From the NCBI GenBank assembly GCA_963813715.1, contig CAWFAK010000005.1, positions 32,001 to 96,000 on the forward strand: a stretch of DNA of 64,000 nt, read 5' to 3'. Under the pieces are notes generated by a model. That model saw only the letters and a list, made by a program, of their open reading frames with translations. It was not told the origin of the DNA and did not search any database. Shown piece after piece: positions 25,482 through 36,430 of the stretch. Both the position numbers and the translations under genes were made by a program. Each line of letters begins with the position of its first letter. Positions within the stretch are counted from its first letter, which is position 1. The stretch comes from an uncultured Planctomycetaceae bacterium (GTDB taxonomy: Bacteria; Planctomycetota; Planctomycetia; Planctomycetales; Planctomycetaceae).

Positions 25482-27854
25482 TTACGACCAGGAAAGGTTG
25501 TGATTTCTGATCGGCAGGTCGCGAATCCGCTTCCCGGTCGCGGCAAAGATCGCGTTGCAGAGAGCGGGTGCCGTCGAAGGAACGCCCGTTTCGCCCACTC
25601 CAGCCGGCGCAGCTTCGCTGGGAACAATATCCACAAGGATGTCTTTGGGCGCCTCGCTCATTTTGGCGACGTGGAAGGAATCGAAATTCGCCTGCACGGT
25701 GCGTCCCTGCTTGAAGGTCAGTTCCCCAAAGACTGCGTGGGAGCAAGCCATGACGGCTGCGCCCTGAACTTGAGCCGACACGCGGTCGGGGATGACGATC
25801 GTCCCGGAGTCGATCGAACACCAAACTCGATCGATGCTGAGTTTTCCATCGCGACTGACCGTGACTTCCACGACATGGCCGGTGTAACCCAGGAACGATC
25901 GACAGCACGCAATGCCCAGCCCACGCCCCTTTGGCAAAGATTTATGCCGAGACCAATCAGCGTCCTTGGCCACCCGCCGCACGACGTTCTTGAGTCGGCC
26001 AATATCGTAGGGGTAATCCTTGGCGTCTGCGCCGCGATTTGAGAGCTTGGCGGCGGCCAGGTCGATCATGCGATCGTCACCCAAGGCGTCGAGCAAATAC
26101 TCGAGGGGATCGCGACCGGCGGCATGGGCCAGTTCGTCGACGAATGATCCGACAGCGAAGTTTTGCTGGATGTGGCAGACCGAACGCAACCATCCGATGC
26201 GCGTGTGGGCCTTGGCACGACACACCTCCAACTGCAAGTTGGGAACGTCGTACGGCAAATCGGTATGGCCCATTTCGGCTTCAAAACCTGCGGGGCGGTC
26301 GGCTCCCTTGGAAAACGTGGAGCCGATGCTCGGATAGGCGACGCGTTGCAACCACGCTAGCGGACGTCCGTTGTCGCCAACAGCCGCTTCGCAGTGGATC
26401 GCCGAAATGGTGTGATAGTAATCGTGCTGTATGTCGTCTTCGCGGGTCCAAGTCATATGAACAGGGCGTTTCAATTCCCGCGAGAGCAAGGCCGCCTCGA
26501 CACAGTAATCGGGCTTGCTCTTTCGCCCGAAACCAGAGCCGAGCAACGTGACGTCGACTTCGACCTGGTCGTTAGGGATGCCCATCGCCGGGCCTACGGA
26601 TTGTTGGACCGCTTGCGGGTTCTGGGTCGCGGCCTGCAGGTAGCATTTGGTGACTTTGCCGTGGGCGTCCGTTCGCACATCCGCCACCGCGCAGGTCGTT
26701 TCCATCGAGGCGTGAGCCAGGTGCGGGACGGAGTAGTCCGCTTTGACGACTTTTGTCGCGCCGGCAATTGCCTTCGCAGCATCTCCCGAGGAACGCAGCG
26801 CGGTCCCCGGTCGATTGACCGTTTCTTTCAGCGACTTGGCAAACTGTGCCGTATCGTAGGACGCGTTTTCTCCGTGCTCCCATTCGATCTTGAGCGCCTC
26901 GCGACCCTGAATCGCGGCCCAGGTGCTGGTCGCGCACACGGCGACGCCGCCCAACGGTTGAAAGACCGGTGCGCCCTTGAAACCCGGCAGTTTGATTACC
27001 GCGACCACGCCAGCCATCGCTTTGGCAGCCGAATCATCCAGAGACTTCAGTTTGCCTCCGACGACTGGAGGGCGTGCCGCGACGGCAAAGAGTTGATTCT
27101 CCAGGCGGGCGTCGATTCCATAAACCGCGCGGCCGGTGACGATTTTCGTCAAATCGGTAATCGGCGCGTCCTTGCCGATATACCTCCACTTCTCACGCGG
27201 CTTGAATTTCACGCTCTGCTTCGCGGGAATCTCCAACTTCCGCGCAACCGCGACAAGGTCGCCGAACCCCAGCGATCTGCCGGTCCCTTTGTGTTTGACC
27301 CGATGCAGCTCGGCGTAACATTCGCTGGGATCGACCTTCCACTGTTGTGCCGCGGCCCGCTCCAACATCGTTCTCGCGATGGCCCCCGCGGTTCGCATCG
27401 TGTCGAAGAAGAAGCGAATGCTGTTGGAGCCGTCGGTGTTTTGATCGCCCAGCCGCTTGTCCCCCTGCGCCTGTCGAATGACGACACGAGACCAGTCCGC
27501 CTCCAGCTCGTCGGCCAGAACGCGGGGCAGACCCGTGCGAATCCCGGTGCCCATCTCTGAGCGATGCGCGAGAATCGTCACCGTGCCATCGGGCGCGATG
27601 GAAACCCACAAGTCCGGCGCGAACGCATCCGCATTGACTTTGGCGGGGTCGGCGACCTCGGCGGTGTTTGCCGCACCGACGCGGCACATCAGCAAGAGTG
27701 ATCCGGCGGAAAGTCCCGCCAGGAAACCGCGACGCGTAATTGGATTCGAGACCGCCGCATCGAGGACCGCTGACGGGGCCGGGCGGACTTCGGTCTTGAG
27801 ACGATTCTGCTCGATCAGTTCGCGAAGCGTGAGTTCGGAGATTGGCTTGCTCAC
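25482..27854 (-). CDS. Xanthine dehydrogenase family molybdopterin-binding subunit (IorB/aldehyde oxidoreductase beta type) with Tat-like motif
   Basis: [48 protein letters not shown]. The GTG start overlaps the stop of the small subunit (GTGA). Confidence 0.9.
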   Translation of the reverse strand: MSKPISELTLRELIEQNRLKTEVRPAPSAVLDAAVSNPITRRGFLAGLSAGSLLLMCRVGAANTAEVADPAKVNADAFAPDLWVSIAPDGTVTILAHRSEMGTGIRTGLPRVLADELEADWSRVVIRQAQGDKRLGDQNTDGSNSIRFFFDTMRTAGAIARTMLERAAAQQWKVDPSECYAELHRVKHKGTGRSLGFGDLVAVARKLEIPAKQSVKFKPREKWRYIGKDAPITDLTKIVTGRAVYGIDARLENQLFAVAARPPVVGGKLKSLDDSAAKAMAGVVAVIKLPGFKGAPVFQPLGGVAVCATSTWAAIQGREALKIEWEHGENASYDTAQFAKSLKETVNRPGTALRSSGDAAKAIAGATKVVKADYSVPHLAHASMETTCAVADVRTDAHGKVTKCYLQAATQNPQAVQQSVGPAMGIPNDQVEVDVTLLGSGFGRKSKPDYCVEAALLSRELKRPVHMTWTREDDIQHDYYHTISAIHCEAAVGDNGRPLAWLQRVAYPSIGSTFSKGADRPAGFEAEMGHTDLPYDVPNLQLEVCRAKAHTRIGWLRSVCHIQQNFAVGSFVDELAHAAGRDPLEYLLDALGDDRMIDLAAAKLSNRGADAKDYPYDIGRLKNVVRRVAKDADWSRHKSLPKGRGLGIACCRSFLGYTGHVVEVTVSRDGKLSIDRVWCSIDSGTIVIPDRVSAQVQGAAVMACSHAVFGELTFKQGRTVQANFDSFHVAKMSEAPKDILVDIVPSEAAPAGVGETGVPSTAPALCNAIFAATGKRIRDLPIRNHNLSWS

Positions 27855-28309
27855 TTGCGCAGCTCCTTTCCGGCAGTCTTGATCGCGGCGCGAATCCGCG
27901 GATAGGTGCCGCAACGACAGATGTTCCACATCTGTGCTTCGATTTCCTGATCGGACGGATTGTTGTTCTTGCGCAAAAGCTCGGCCGCCATCATCATCTG
28001 GCCAGCCTGGCAGTACCCGCACTGCGGAACGTTGTGCTCGATCCAGGCTTTCTGGACGGGATGATCGCCGTGCTGCGAGAGCCCCTCGATGGTGACGAAT
28101 TTCGAGTTGCCGACGTCGGCCAGCGAGGTCACGCAGGACTGAACGGCAGCGCCGTCAACATGAACGGTACAAGCCCCGCACTCGGAGATGCCGCATCCGT
28201 ACTTCGTTCCGGTCAGCCCCAGGTGATCGCGGAGCACCCACAAGAGCGGGGTGTCGCCGGGGACGTCCTTCAACTCATGGTTTTTGCCATTGACGTTGAT
28301 TTTTGTCAT
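27851..28309 (-). CDS. (2Fe-2S)-binding small subunit (IorA type)
   Basis: [38 protein letters not shown]. Confidence 0.93.
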   Translation of the reverse strand: MTKINVNGKNHELKDVPGDTPLLWVLRDHLGLTGTKYGCGISECGACTVHVDGAAVQSCVTSLADVGNSKFVTIEGLSQHGDHPVQKAWIEHNVPQCGYCQAGQMMMAAELLRKNNNPSDQEIEAQMWNICRCGTYPRIRAAIKTAGKELRK

Positions 28310-28384
28310 GGGACGCAACCCTCCAAGGCAGTCACGAAATGTTCGCGATTCCAATTCCGGAACATGATCTCGGCCGACAGGGCA

Positions 28385-29110
28385 TCACTCGAAAGTCCGC
28401 TCCGCACAATCGAGAAGGTCTGGGTTGATCGAGTGGGACGGCATCGCCGGACTGTTTTTCGCAAACAGGCGTGCGGCCGCGGCATACTCCTTCGGCGTGT
28501 CGATGTCGGCCATCTTTTCGGGTGATACGGGAAACTCCACGTTCACCGCGGCGGCGCGATCGACCAGGCAATTGATTCCCTGGTCCGCTCTCAATAATTC
28601 TATTTGACTGGCCATCGACCAGGGAAACAAGACCGGATGACCACGCCGTCCCTGATAGGTGGGCACGATCACGCGATCGCCTGGATCTGGTTCTCGCATG
28701 GCGTCGTGGCGTTCGGCTTCACTGATCAGGTGATCGATCAGGTCGGATGTGATTCCTGGGATATCCGCCGGACAGACAAAGAAGCGATCCCACGCCGAGG
28801 GCGAATAATGCTGAGCGAGGTATTTTAACCCCAGCATGCACGAGGCCTTCATGTCGCTCGGGTCATCCGCCATGACGATGTCGATACCATGGGACTTGCA
28901 AATCTGCTTGACTGCCGCGTCCGCATCGGTCCGAATGACGATGATTGTTCGCTGGACGCCGGATGCGGTCCATGCCTCTAAGACATGGTCGAGCAGCGTT
29001 GAGTTCGTGTCTCCGGTTCCTCGCCAGGATAACAACAACTTCGACCGGCCCATTCTTTCACTTCGGCCCGCCGCGGGGATAATGGCATAAGAGCTTGGTT
29101 GTCGACTCAT
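28385..29110 (-). CDS. mocA: Molybdenum cofactor cytidylyltransferase-like nucleotidyltransferase
   Basis: IPAAGRSERMGRSKLLL, PADIP, GRRGHPVLF, DIDTP; located beside xanthine-oxidase-family genes. Confidence 0.8.
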   Translation of the reverse strand: MSRQPSSYAIIPAAGRSERMGRSKLLLSWRGTGDTNSTLLDHVLEAWTASGVQRTIIVIRTDADAAVKQICKSHGIDIVMADDPSDMKASCMLGLKYLAQHYSPSAWDRFFVCPADIPGITSDLIDHLISEAERHDAMREPDPGDRVIVPTYQGRRGHPVLFPWSMASQIELLRADQGINCLVDRAAAVNVEFPVSPEKMADIDTPKEYAAAARLFAKNSPAMPSHSINPDLLDCAERTFE

Positions 29111-29168
29111 CGACAGGATCTCTGAGTGTTTGGGGCGCGAGAACGATAAGCGATCGAGAACGAAGAAG

Positions 29169-29984
29169 ATGAGTTACGATATTGCCGAACACTTGCAGGT
29201 CGCGGCCGATTTACTCGAACACGACGAATCGTTTGCAACGGTGACTTTGTTGGCGATTCGCGGAAGCGCTCCTCAAATTGCTGGCGCGAAGGCAATTGTA
29301 ACGGATCAGGGGATCGTTGCCGGAACCGTCGGCGGAGGAAAGATCGAAAACGCCGCGATCGAATATGCAAAGAAAACGCTATCGGAGTTTGACGGGCCAA
29401 CGACCGTGGTCGAAACCTGGAATCTCCAGACACAGATCGGCATGACTTGTGGTGGAGAAGTCACCCTGTTTTTTGAATTCCACCGGCGTGTCGCCTGGCC
29501 AATCGCCGTGTTCGGTGCCGGACATGTCGCCCAGGCGCTCATCCCACTGTTACTCAAACTCAACTGTCAGATCACGTGCATCGATTCGCGAAACGATTGG
29601 ATCGAAAAACTCCCCGACAGCCCCAGGCTCTGCAAGAGATGTCTTCCTGATCCAAAGTCGGTGCTGCCCGAGTTGGCCAGTAACACGTTCTTTGTTTTGA
29701 TGAGTAAAGGACACGCCACCGATCTGCCGGTGCTGGCTGAAGTCCTTCGCTCTCGCACTGCCCCCTATGTTGGCGTGATTGGCAGTGCACAGAAGGCGAG
29801 TGTTCTTCGGCGAGACCTGATGCAATTGGGAATCGGCGAGGATCGTATCGACAGTTTCCATTGTCCCATCGGATTGCCGCTGGGGAACAACACACCTGCC
29901 GAGATTGCCATCAGCGTAGCGGCACAACTGATTCAAGTTCGGGATCAACTCGGTGTGTTCGACCACAGAAGCAAGTCATTTTAG
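29169..29984 (+). CDS. xdhC: XdhC/CoxI family Moco maturation accessory protein
   Basis: GSAPQIAGAK, GTVGGG, GMTCGG, FGAGHVA, GHATD, GVIGS, CPIGL, PAEIAISVAAQL. Confidence 0.9.
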   Translation: MSYDIAEHLQVAADLLEHDESFATVTLLAIRGSAPQIAGAKAIVTDQGIVAGTVGGGKIENAAIEYAKKTLSEFDGPTTVVETWNLQTQIGMTCGGEVTLFFEFHRRVAWPIAVFGAGHVAQALIPLLLKLNCQITCIDSRNDWIEKLPDSPRLCKRCLPDPKSVLPELASNTFFVLMSKGHATDLPVLAEVLRSRTAPYVGVIGSAQKASVLRRDLMQLGIGEDRIDSFHCPIGLPLGNNTPAEIAISVAAQLIQVRDQLGVFDHRSKSF

Positions 29985-30199
29985 CCGCGAGGGGATTGCC
30001 TGTCGAAGGGTCAACCTTCGCGTATGGCTGAGGCGATGCGACGGATCCTGTCAGGTCTGCACACGTCAATTGGGCGTCGCAGAGACGGGCGAAGCTGTCG
30101 TGCTGGAGACAATCGGAGGTGACGCCGACTATGAGTCGAAACGTCGACGTAGGCGTCAGCTTGCACTCAGAGAAAACGCAGGTCCAGTCACGATCTCGA

Positions 30200-30823
30200 T
30201 CAGATGGTGCCTTTGCGCCGGGGTGCTCGGCTGACCGCTGAGCGGAGCTCGCCGAACAAGCGTACAAGACTGGCAAGCTGGTAGTGCGCGTTCAGGCCGC
30301 TCGGATTCGGCAACAGCCAGACGTGCGCGCCGCCAAATTGAGTCTGTTGCGGTCCGATCGCAGCCGACTTTTGATTGAATACGGCTTGATACGTCGAGAT
30401 TCCCAGGAAGGCCACCCAGTCGGGTCGATGACGACGGACTCTTTTCTCGAGGCGTTTGATGCCGGACGACAAATCCTCCAATGTCAATTCGTCGGCGCGC
30501 GCCGTGGCCCCATCGACAACATTCGTGATGCCGTAGCCGCGGTCGAGTAGAACTTTTTGCTCCGAGGGCGCGAGCAGCCGGTCGGTAAAGCCCGCCCCGT
30601 GGAGCGTCGGCCAAAAGCGATTACCGGGCCGCGCAAAGTGGTGGCCGACCGCCGCTGAATACAGGCTCGGATTGATGCCAACAAACAGGAGCCGCAAGTT
30701 GGGAGCGATGATGTCGGGAATGCTTTTACCATAGGCGACTCGAAGCTGTTCCGGAGTCGGCTGATGCCGCTTCGTTTGCTTAGTCGTCTGCGCGTTCCTT
30801 CGTTTATCACGTTTGGTCTGCAC
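30200..30823 (-). CDS. mug: G/U mismatch-specific DNA glycosylase
   Basis: FVGINPSLYSA, HHFARPGNRFW, LPNPSGLN; start position approximate. Confidence 0.9.
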   Translation of the reverse strand: MQTKRDKRRNAQTTKQTKRHQPTPEQLRVAYGKSIPDIIAPNLRLLFVGINPSLYSAAVGHHFARPGNRFWPTLHGAGFTDRLLAPSEQKVLLDRGYGITNVVDGATARADELTLEDLSSGIKRLEKRVRRHRPDWVAFLGISTYQAVFNQKSAAIGPQQTQFGGAHVWLLPNPSGLNAHYQLASLVRLFGELRSAVSRAPRRKGTI

Positions 30824-31154
30824 GGCCTCTGGCCGGCCGGCTGCCGATACTTATCAACTCGGTTCCCTCTCGCGGCCAGCCGCTTTTGAGCACGTCTCAG
30901 CATGCGCGGGCGGCGGTCGCGTCGACAACAGCGATGATCTTGTTAAGAAAACAGATCGTTGCCTCAGCTTCTCGCGGATCACCTTGGCTTTCAAGAGAGC
31001 CGGCGTTCGGAAACGTGGTGACCGCCCTTCGGAAGCCGGACGACGGGTCCCGTTGGCCCCCCCACGATCGCGGCAGGTGCCTTCGCGCACCGCTGCCGCG
31101 TATACTTCTGCATCAGCTGAGCAGAAAGACGGACCGTCGCATCGAGGGGGTTCC

Positions 31155-32797
31155 ATGTCTCTGAGTGAACAAACTGCGTTTCCCGAGCTGACCGCTGCGG
31201 AGATCGCGATTCTCAAGCCGCTCGCGACCGCCCGCGATTACGCGGATGGCGAAACTGTCTTCCGCGCTGGCCAGGCCGACATCGATTTTTTCGTCGTCGA
31301 ATCCGGCCAGATCGACATCCTCAATCCGGCCGACCGCAATCGGGTGATCGTCACGCACGACCCGGGTCAGTTTTCCGGCGACATCGACCTGCTGACCGGG
31401 CGGCCAGTCATTGTGACGGGCGTCGCGCGGGGAAAGTCGCGCGTTTGGTGCATGCCCGGAAGCAACCTCAGGGCCTTGCTCAATCGCGTTCCGAGTCTGG
31501 GCGAAAAGCTGATCATCGCGTTCACGCGCCGACGTGAGCTGTTGTCGCAGTTGGGGGTGCTGGGACTACGTGTCTTCGGCCCGGGCCGGTGCCGCGACAC
31601 GAACACCGTCCGCGAGTTTCTGTACAAGAACTTTGTGCCCTTCACCTGGTTCGATCCCGAAACCGAAGAGGGCCAGCGGGTCTTCAAGGAACTCGGCTCG
31701 CCGAAAAAGACGCCAGTGATCGGTTGCGGCGACGGGCAGATTCTGGTGAATCCCACCTTGATCGAGCTGGCCCGCGCCGCTGGGATTTGGAAATTCTGTC
31801 CCACGCAACAAGTTGATTTCGCCATCATCGGAGCCGGGCCGGCGGGGCTCGCCGCGGCCGTGTACGCCTCGTCGGAGGGACTGTCGACCTTGATGCTCGA
31901 CCGTCTGGGCCCGGGGGGCCAGGCGGGGGGATCGTCGCGAATCGAAAACTTCATCGGCTTTCCCGCGGGACTGAGCGGAGCCGACCTGGCGACTCGCGGC
32001 GTCTTGCAGATGCTTAAGTTCGGCGCTCGGATCGTCGCGCCCGTCAACGTCCAAAAGCTGACGCCGGCGAAATCCCCCGACGAGCAACACGTGCTGCACC
32101 TCGATTGCGGCGCCGAGATCCGCTGTCAGATGGTGCTGCTCGCGATCGGAGTCCGTTGGCGCAACTGGAGGCCGAGGGCGCCGACGAGTTCGCGGGGGCG
32201 GGCATCTATTACGCCTGCACGACGGTGGAAGCCGACCTTTATGACGGCACCGACGTGGCGGTCGTCGGTGCCGGAAACTCCGCCGGGCAAGCGATCATGT
32301 TCTTGTCCGAGTGCTGCCCGACGCGCAAGGTCCACGCGATTATTCGCAGCAAGCTGGGACCCAACATGTCGGAGTACCTCGCGAATCGGATCCGCGCCGC
32401 TCCCAATGTCGTGATCCACGAACAGACCGAGATCGACGCGGTGTTCGGAAACCATCATGTGGAAGAAATCGCGCTCAAAGGCCAAGAAGCCGCCCCGCCG
32501 CGTCGACTGCCCTGTTCGGCCGTATTCGTGTTCATCGGGGCAGAACCGGCGGGCGAGTGGCTGCCGGCCGAAATTGGACGCGACGACAAGGGTTACCTGC
32601 TGACCGGCAGCGACGTGGTTCGTTCGGGCCTTTGGCCACTCAAAGATCGCGACCCGTGCCCGCTCGAGACGACTCTGCCCGGAATCCTCGCCGCCGGAGA
32701 CATCCGCGCCGGGTCCACCAAACGGGTCGGTTTCGCGGTCGGCGACGGCTCGCTGGCAGTGACGTGCGCCCACCGCTTGCTTTCGATCCGAGCGTGA
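31155..32797 (+). CDS. cNMP-binding domain + thioredoxin-reductase-like FAD-dependent oxidoreductase; frameshift near 32160
   Basis: cNMP domain FFVVESG..GQFSGD; GAGPAGL, GGQAGGSSRIENFIGFP, GAGNSAGQA, AAGDIRAGSTKRV..AVGDG. Confidence 0.88.
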
Positions 32798-32817
32798 ACT
32801 CGTCAAAGGAACTGTCG

Positions 32818-34511
32818 ATGGCAGGACAGACCGCAGCGATCGCCGAACGCGGGCTACAGGAAGTCCGGCTGACCGGACGGAGCATTGCGCCGGGCTTGGG
32901 AATGGGGCACGCCTGGGTCGTCGGAGACGCGCTGCGATCGGACGGCGTTCCGCAAACGATTGGCGCCGAGGCCGCGGACGGCGAATGCGATCGCCTCGCG
33001 CATTCCTTCGCAGAAACGTTTGCCGAGCTGGACCAGTCGGCACAGCGGATCGAGTCGGAATTCGACTCGGCACTGGCGGGCATCTTTCGCGCGCATGGCA
33101 CAATGTTGCGAGGCCTGGTCGAATCGGGTGAATTCGAGCGGGAAGTCAGAACTTCGTTGTTGACCGCGGAGTGGGCCGTCCGCAGAGTTCTCAAGCGGTG
33201 GTATCAAAAATTCGAGGCGCTCGAAAACCAGACGCTGCGCCAGCGCGCCGACGACGTGCTCGACTTGGGACGAAACATCATTCGGCGGCTCCGCGGAGAA
33301 GCGAAGACCGGGCTCGAATCGATTCCCGAGCAGAGCGTCCTGGTCGTCGAACGGTTGTTGCCTTCCGACGTCGTGCGGCTGCCCAAGTCTCACGTGGCGG
33401 CCATCGTCGTCGAATCCCTGGGCCAAGGCTCTCACGCGGCCCTTTTGCGCGCGAGAAGGGCATCCCCACGATCACCGAGATTCCGGGAGTGCTTTCGCTC
33501 ATTGCCGGCGGCGCCGACGTCTTGGTCGACGGCCATCGGGGAACTCTGGTGCTGTCGCCCCAATCGGCGACCTGCGAAGAGTTCCAGGAGCGGCTCAAAG
33601 CGTGGCGGGCCACGCTCGTGCGCTGCAAAGACGCTTGTCGAAAGCCGGCCCGCACACGCGACGGCCAATTGGTCCGGGTCGAAGCCAATATCGGCATTGA
33701 AGAGGACGTCGACCTGGCTCTCGACAACGGGGCCGATGGTGTGGGTCTCCTGCGAATCGAACAGCTCTATTTTGCCCGGCAAGCCCCGCCGACGGAGGAC
33801 GAACTGTTCCTCGATCTGCAGAAGATGGTGACGCCCCTCGGCGACCGGCCGGTGACCGTGCGTCTGCTGGATATCGGCGGCGACAAACCGCTGCCCTTCT
33901 TGCCGCTGGCGCCGACCGCAAATCCGGTGCTGGGCCGACGGGGCGTGCGGGTCCTGCTGGAGTACGCGCAGCTGGTTCGCACGCAAATGGGGGCCATCTT
34001 GCGGCTTTCGCAGGAACATGCCGTACGCATGCTGATTCCGATGATCACGCTCGAAGACGACATGCGGAGAATGCGCGAAGTGTTCGAGGCGACGAGTGCC
34101 GAACGCAAGATCGCTCATCCTCCCGAATTGGGCGCGATGATCGAAACACCGGCCGCCGCGCTGGCGGTTCCGGCACTGCTGAAGCACGCCGATTTTCTTT
34201 GCGTCGGAACGAATGACCTCACGCAGTACACGTTGGCCGCCGCCCGGGACGACGCCTCCGTGAACGCGTATTTTCAAGATAGCCATGAGTCGGTGATCCG
34301 GCTCTTGCACATTGTCATGGCCGACGCGCGCGGGCGGCCGGTGACGCTCTGCGGGGAGCTGGCCGGTCGCGAAGCCTGGGTTCCGCGCCTGTTGGAAATG
34401 GGATTTCGCACGCTGAGCGTGGCACCAACCGCCGTTCCCACCACGAAACAAGCGATTCGCGCCGTCGATCTCGGAACTCTGGATAAGGCCGCAACTTCGG
34501 CGGCCTTGTAG
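32818..34511 (+). CDS. ptsI: Phosphoenolpyruvate-protein phosphotransferase (PTS enzyme I); frameshift near 33440
   Basis: SIAPGLGMG, GSHAALL (phospho-His), GVGLLRIE, RLLDIGGDK, NPVLGRRG, MIETP, GTNDLTQY, LCGELA. Confidence 0.88.
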
Positions 34512-34877
34512 ATGCTCGCGTTGGGCCACCGCCGGCACCGGAATGATCACTTCGATAGCCGCGTCAGCGGACGCAATCGGTGAGACGATGACGCGTTGAA
34601 GTTGGCGCGTGCCAAAGATTAATCCCGCGTCCTTCGCTGCTGCTTGGCTTCCCGGTGATTGGAGGGTTTCGTACCACAGACCCTAAGCCAAGCATATTTA
34701 TTTCGCGAGATCACCCCACCGCCGAAGCACTCCGATTCCGCTGAGGAACTATTTAGCTCGCGGCAACTGGCTGCTGAAATCTTGATGTCTGTGTCGTTCC
34801 CGGCGTGATAGACTGACGGCTCATCACCACCTCTTCTCCCTGACGAGTTTTTCCAGCACCAGCACGGAAGACGCCGC

Positions 34878-36329
34878 ATGAGCGACAACGGCACCACCAC
34901 GACGACGCGGAATCGCCGCGAGTTCTTGACGAGCACGGTCATGGCGGGAGGTGCGGCGGCTGTCGCGTCGGTCATTCCCGGAGACACAAGCGCGGCGATG
35001 GAGAAGCTGACTCCGGCGACGATCGCCCTCTTGCCGACGCCGGCGCAGATGCAGGATTTTATCGCGCTGCCCGACGATCATCCGATCGTGATGGTCAACC
35101 TGCTCAAGTTCAAACCCAACGGCGGGCAAGCCGAATACGCCAAGTACGCGGCCGCCATTCAGCCCATTCTGGAAAAGCTCGGCGCCAAGGTGTTGTTCGC
35201 CGGCAAGTCCGAGTACTGCCTGATCGGTAAGGCCGATTGGGACATGGTGGCGCTGGTGCAGTACCCGCGCAAGAAGACACTGTTTCAAATGTCGATGTCG
35301 CCCGAGTATCGGGCCATTCATCACTTTCGGGAGGCTGGGATCGTGGGACAAATCAACTATTGTGTTGCCCAAGTTCCGGCCAAGGCGGAGTCCCTCAGCG
35401 GTCCGGCAAGCGACGGCGGACCGAAGTCGGGCGTATTGCGGACGCCCGACGAGCGCTTCGCGCATCTGCCCGGCTTCGAGTTTCAGCCGCACTACCACGA
35501 GGTCGGCGGCTACCGCGTGCATTATCTCGACGAGGGTCCGCGGGACGGGCAGCCCATTCTATTGCTGCATGGCGAGCCGACGTGGTGCTACCTCTATCGC
35601 AAGATGGTTCCGCCGCTCGTGGCGGCCGGTTACCGCTGCATCGTGCCGGACCTGGTCGGCTTCGGCCGCTCGGACAAGCCGACCGATCGGACCGTGCACA
35701 CGTACAAGTTCCATGTCGACGAAATGGCCGGCCTCGTGACGGCGCTCGACTTGAAGAACAGCACATTCTTCGGCCAGGACTGGGGCGGTTTGATCGGCCT
35801 GCGGGTCGTCACCCAGAACGAAGGCCGCTTTTCGCGAATCGTGGTCTCCAATACGGGCCTGCCGACCGGCGAACAACCCATGACGCCCGCCTTCCTGATC
35901 TGGAAACGGATGGCGCAGGAGATGCTCGACTCCGGCGACATGCCCGTTGGCACGCTCGTCTCGACGAGTGCTCGCACTCCCAACTTGAAGGAAGCCTACG
36001 ACGCTCCCTTCCCGGACAAGCACTACAAGGCGGGCCCGCTGATGATGCCGCAGCTTGTCCCCACGACGCCCAACGACCCCGCCAAAGAGGCGAACAAACG
36101 AGCCTGGCAGGTGCTGCAGGAGTGGAAGAAGCCGTTTCTCACCGCCTTTGGCGATCACGATCCGATTACGGGCGGCGGCGACGCCCACTTCCAAAAAATC
36201 GTTCCCGGTGCGCACGGCCAGCCCCACACGATGGTCAAAGGGGCCGGCCATTTCATTCAAGAAACGCACGGGGCGGAGCTGGCCCAGATCATCATCGATT
36301 GGATTGCCAAGACCCCGCCGACGGCCTGA
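34878..36329 (+). CDS. Tat-signal + DUF1330 + haloalkane dehalogenase fusion
   Basis: Tat signal NRREFL; DUF1330-like IVMVNLLKF..WDMVALVQYP..SPEY; HLD motifs LRTPDERF, HGEPTW, GQDWGG (nucleophile Asp), AYDAPFP, DPIT, GHFIQE. Confidence 0.85.
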   Translation: MSDNGTTTTTRNRREFLTSTVMAGGAAAVASVIPGDTSAAMEKLTPATIALLPTPAQMQDFIALPDDHPIVMVNLLKFKPNGGQAEYAKYAAAIQPILEKLGAKVLFAGKSEYCLIGKADWDMVALVQYPRKKTLFQMSMSPEYRAIHHFREAGIVGQINYCVAQVPAKAESLSGPASDGGPKSGVLRTPDERFAHLPGFEFQPHYHEVGGYRVHYLDEGPRDGQPILLLHGEPTWCYLYRKMVPPLVAAGYRCIVPDLVGFGRSDKPTDRTVHTYKFHVDEMAGLVTALDLKNSTFFGQDWGGLIGLRVVTQNEGRFSRIVVSNTGLPTGEQPMTPAFLIWKRMAQEMLDSGDMPVGTLVSTSARTPNLKEAYDAPFPDKHYKAGPLMMPQLVPTTPNDPAKEANKRAWQVLQEWKKPFLTAFGDHDPITGGGDAHFQKIVPGAHGQPHTMVKGAGHFIQETHGAELAQIIIDWIAKTPPTA

Positions 36330-36430
36330 CGGATTTCGCGCCGTTAGCCCCCGCGACTCGTCCCTGACTTCACCGACGTCCCCGTGCACGGAGAGCGCGT
36401 CCCTACGAAAGAAAAGTTGAGACCTGCGCG

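Noticed and set aside
27855..28022. N-terminal extension of the molybdopterin subunit
   Set aside because: It overlaps the 2Fe-2S gene; the GTGA-coupled start at 27854 is more plausible.
32311..33831. Long ORF bridging the TrxR-like gene and enzyme I
   Set aside because: The N-terminal part is an off-frame reading of the flavoprotein; enzyme I has its own RBS and ATG at 32818.
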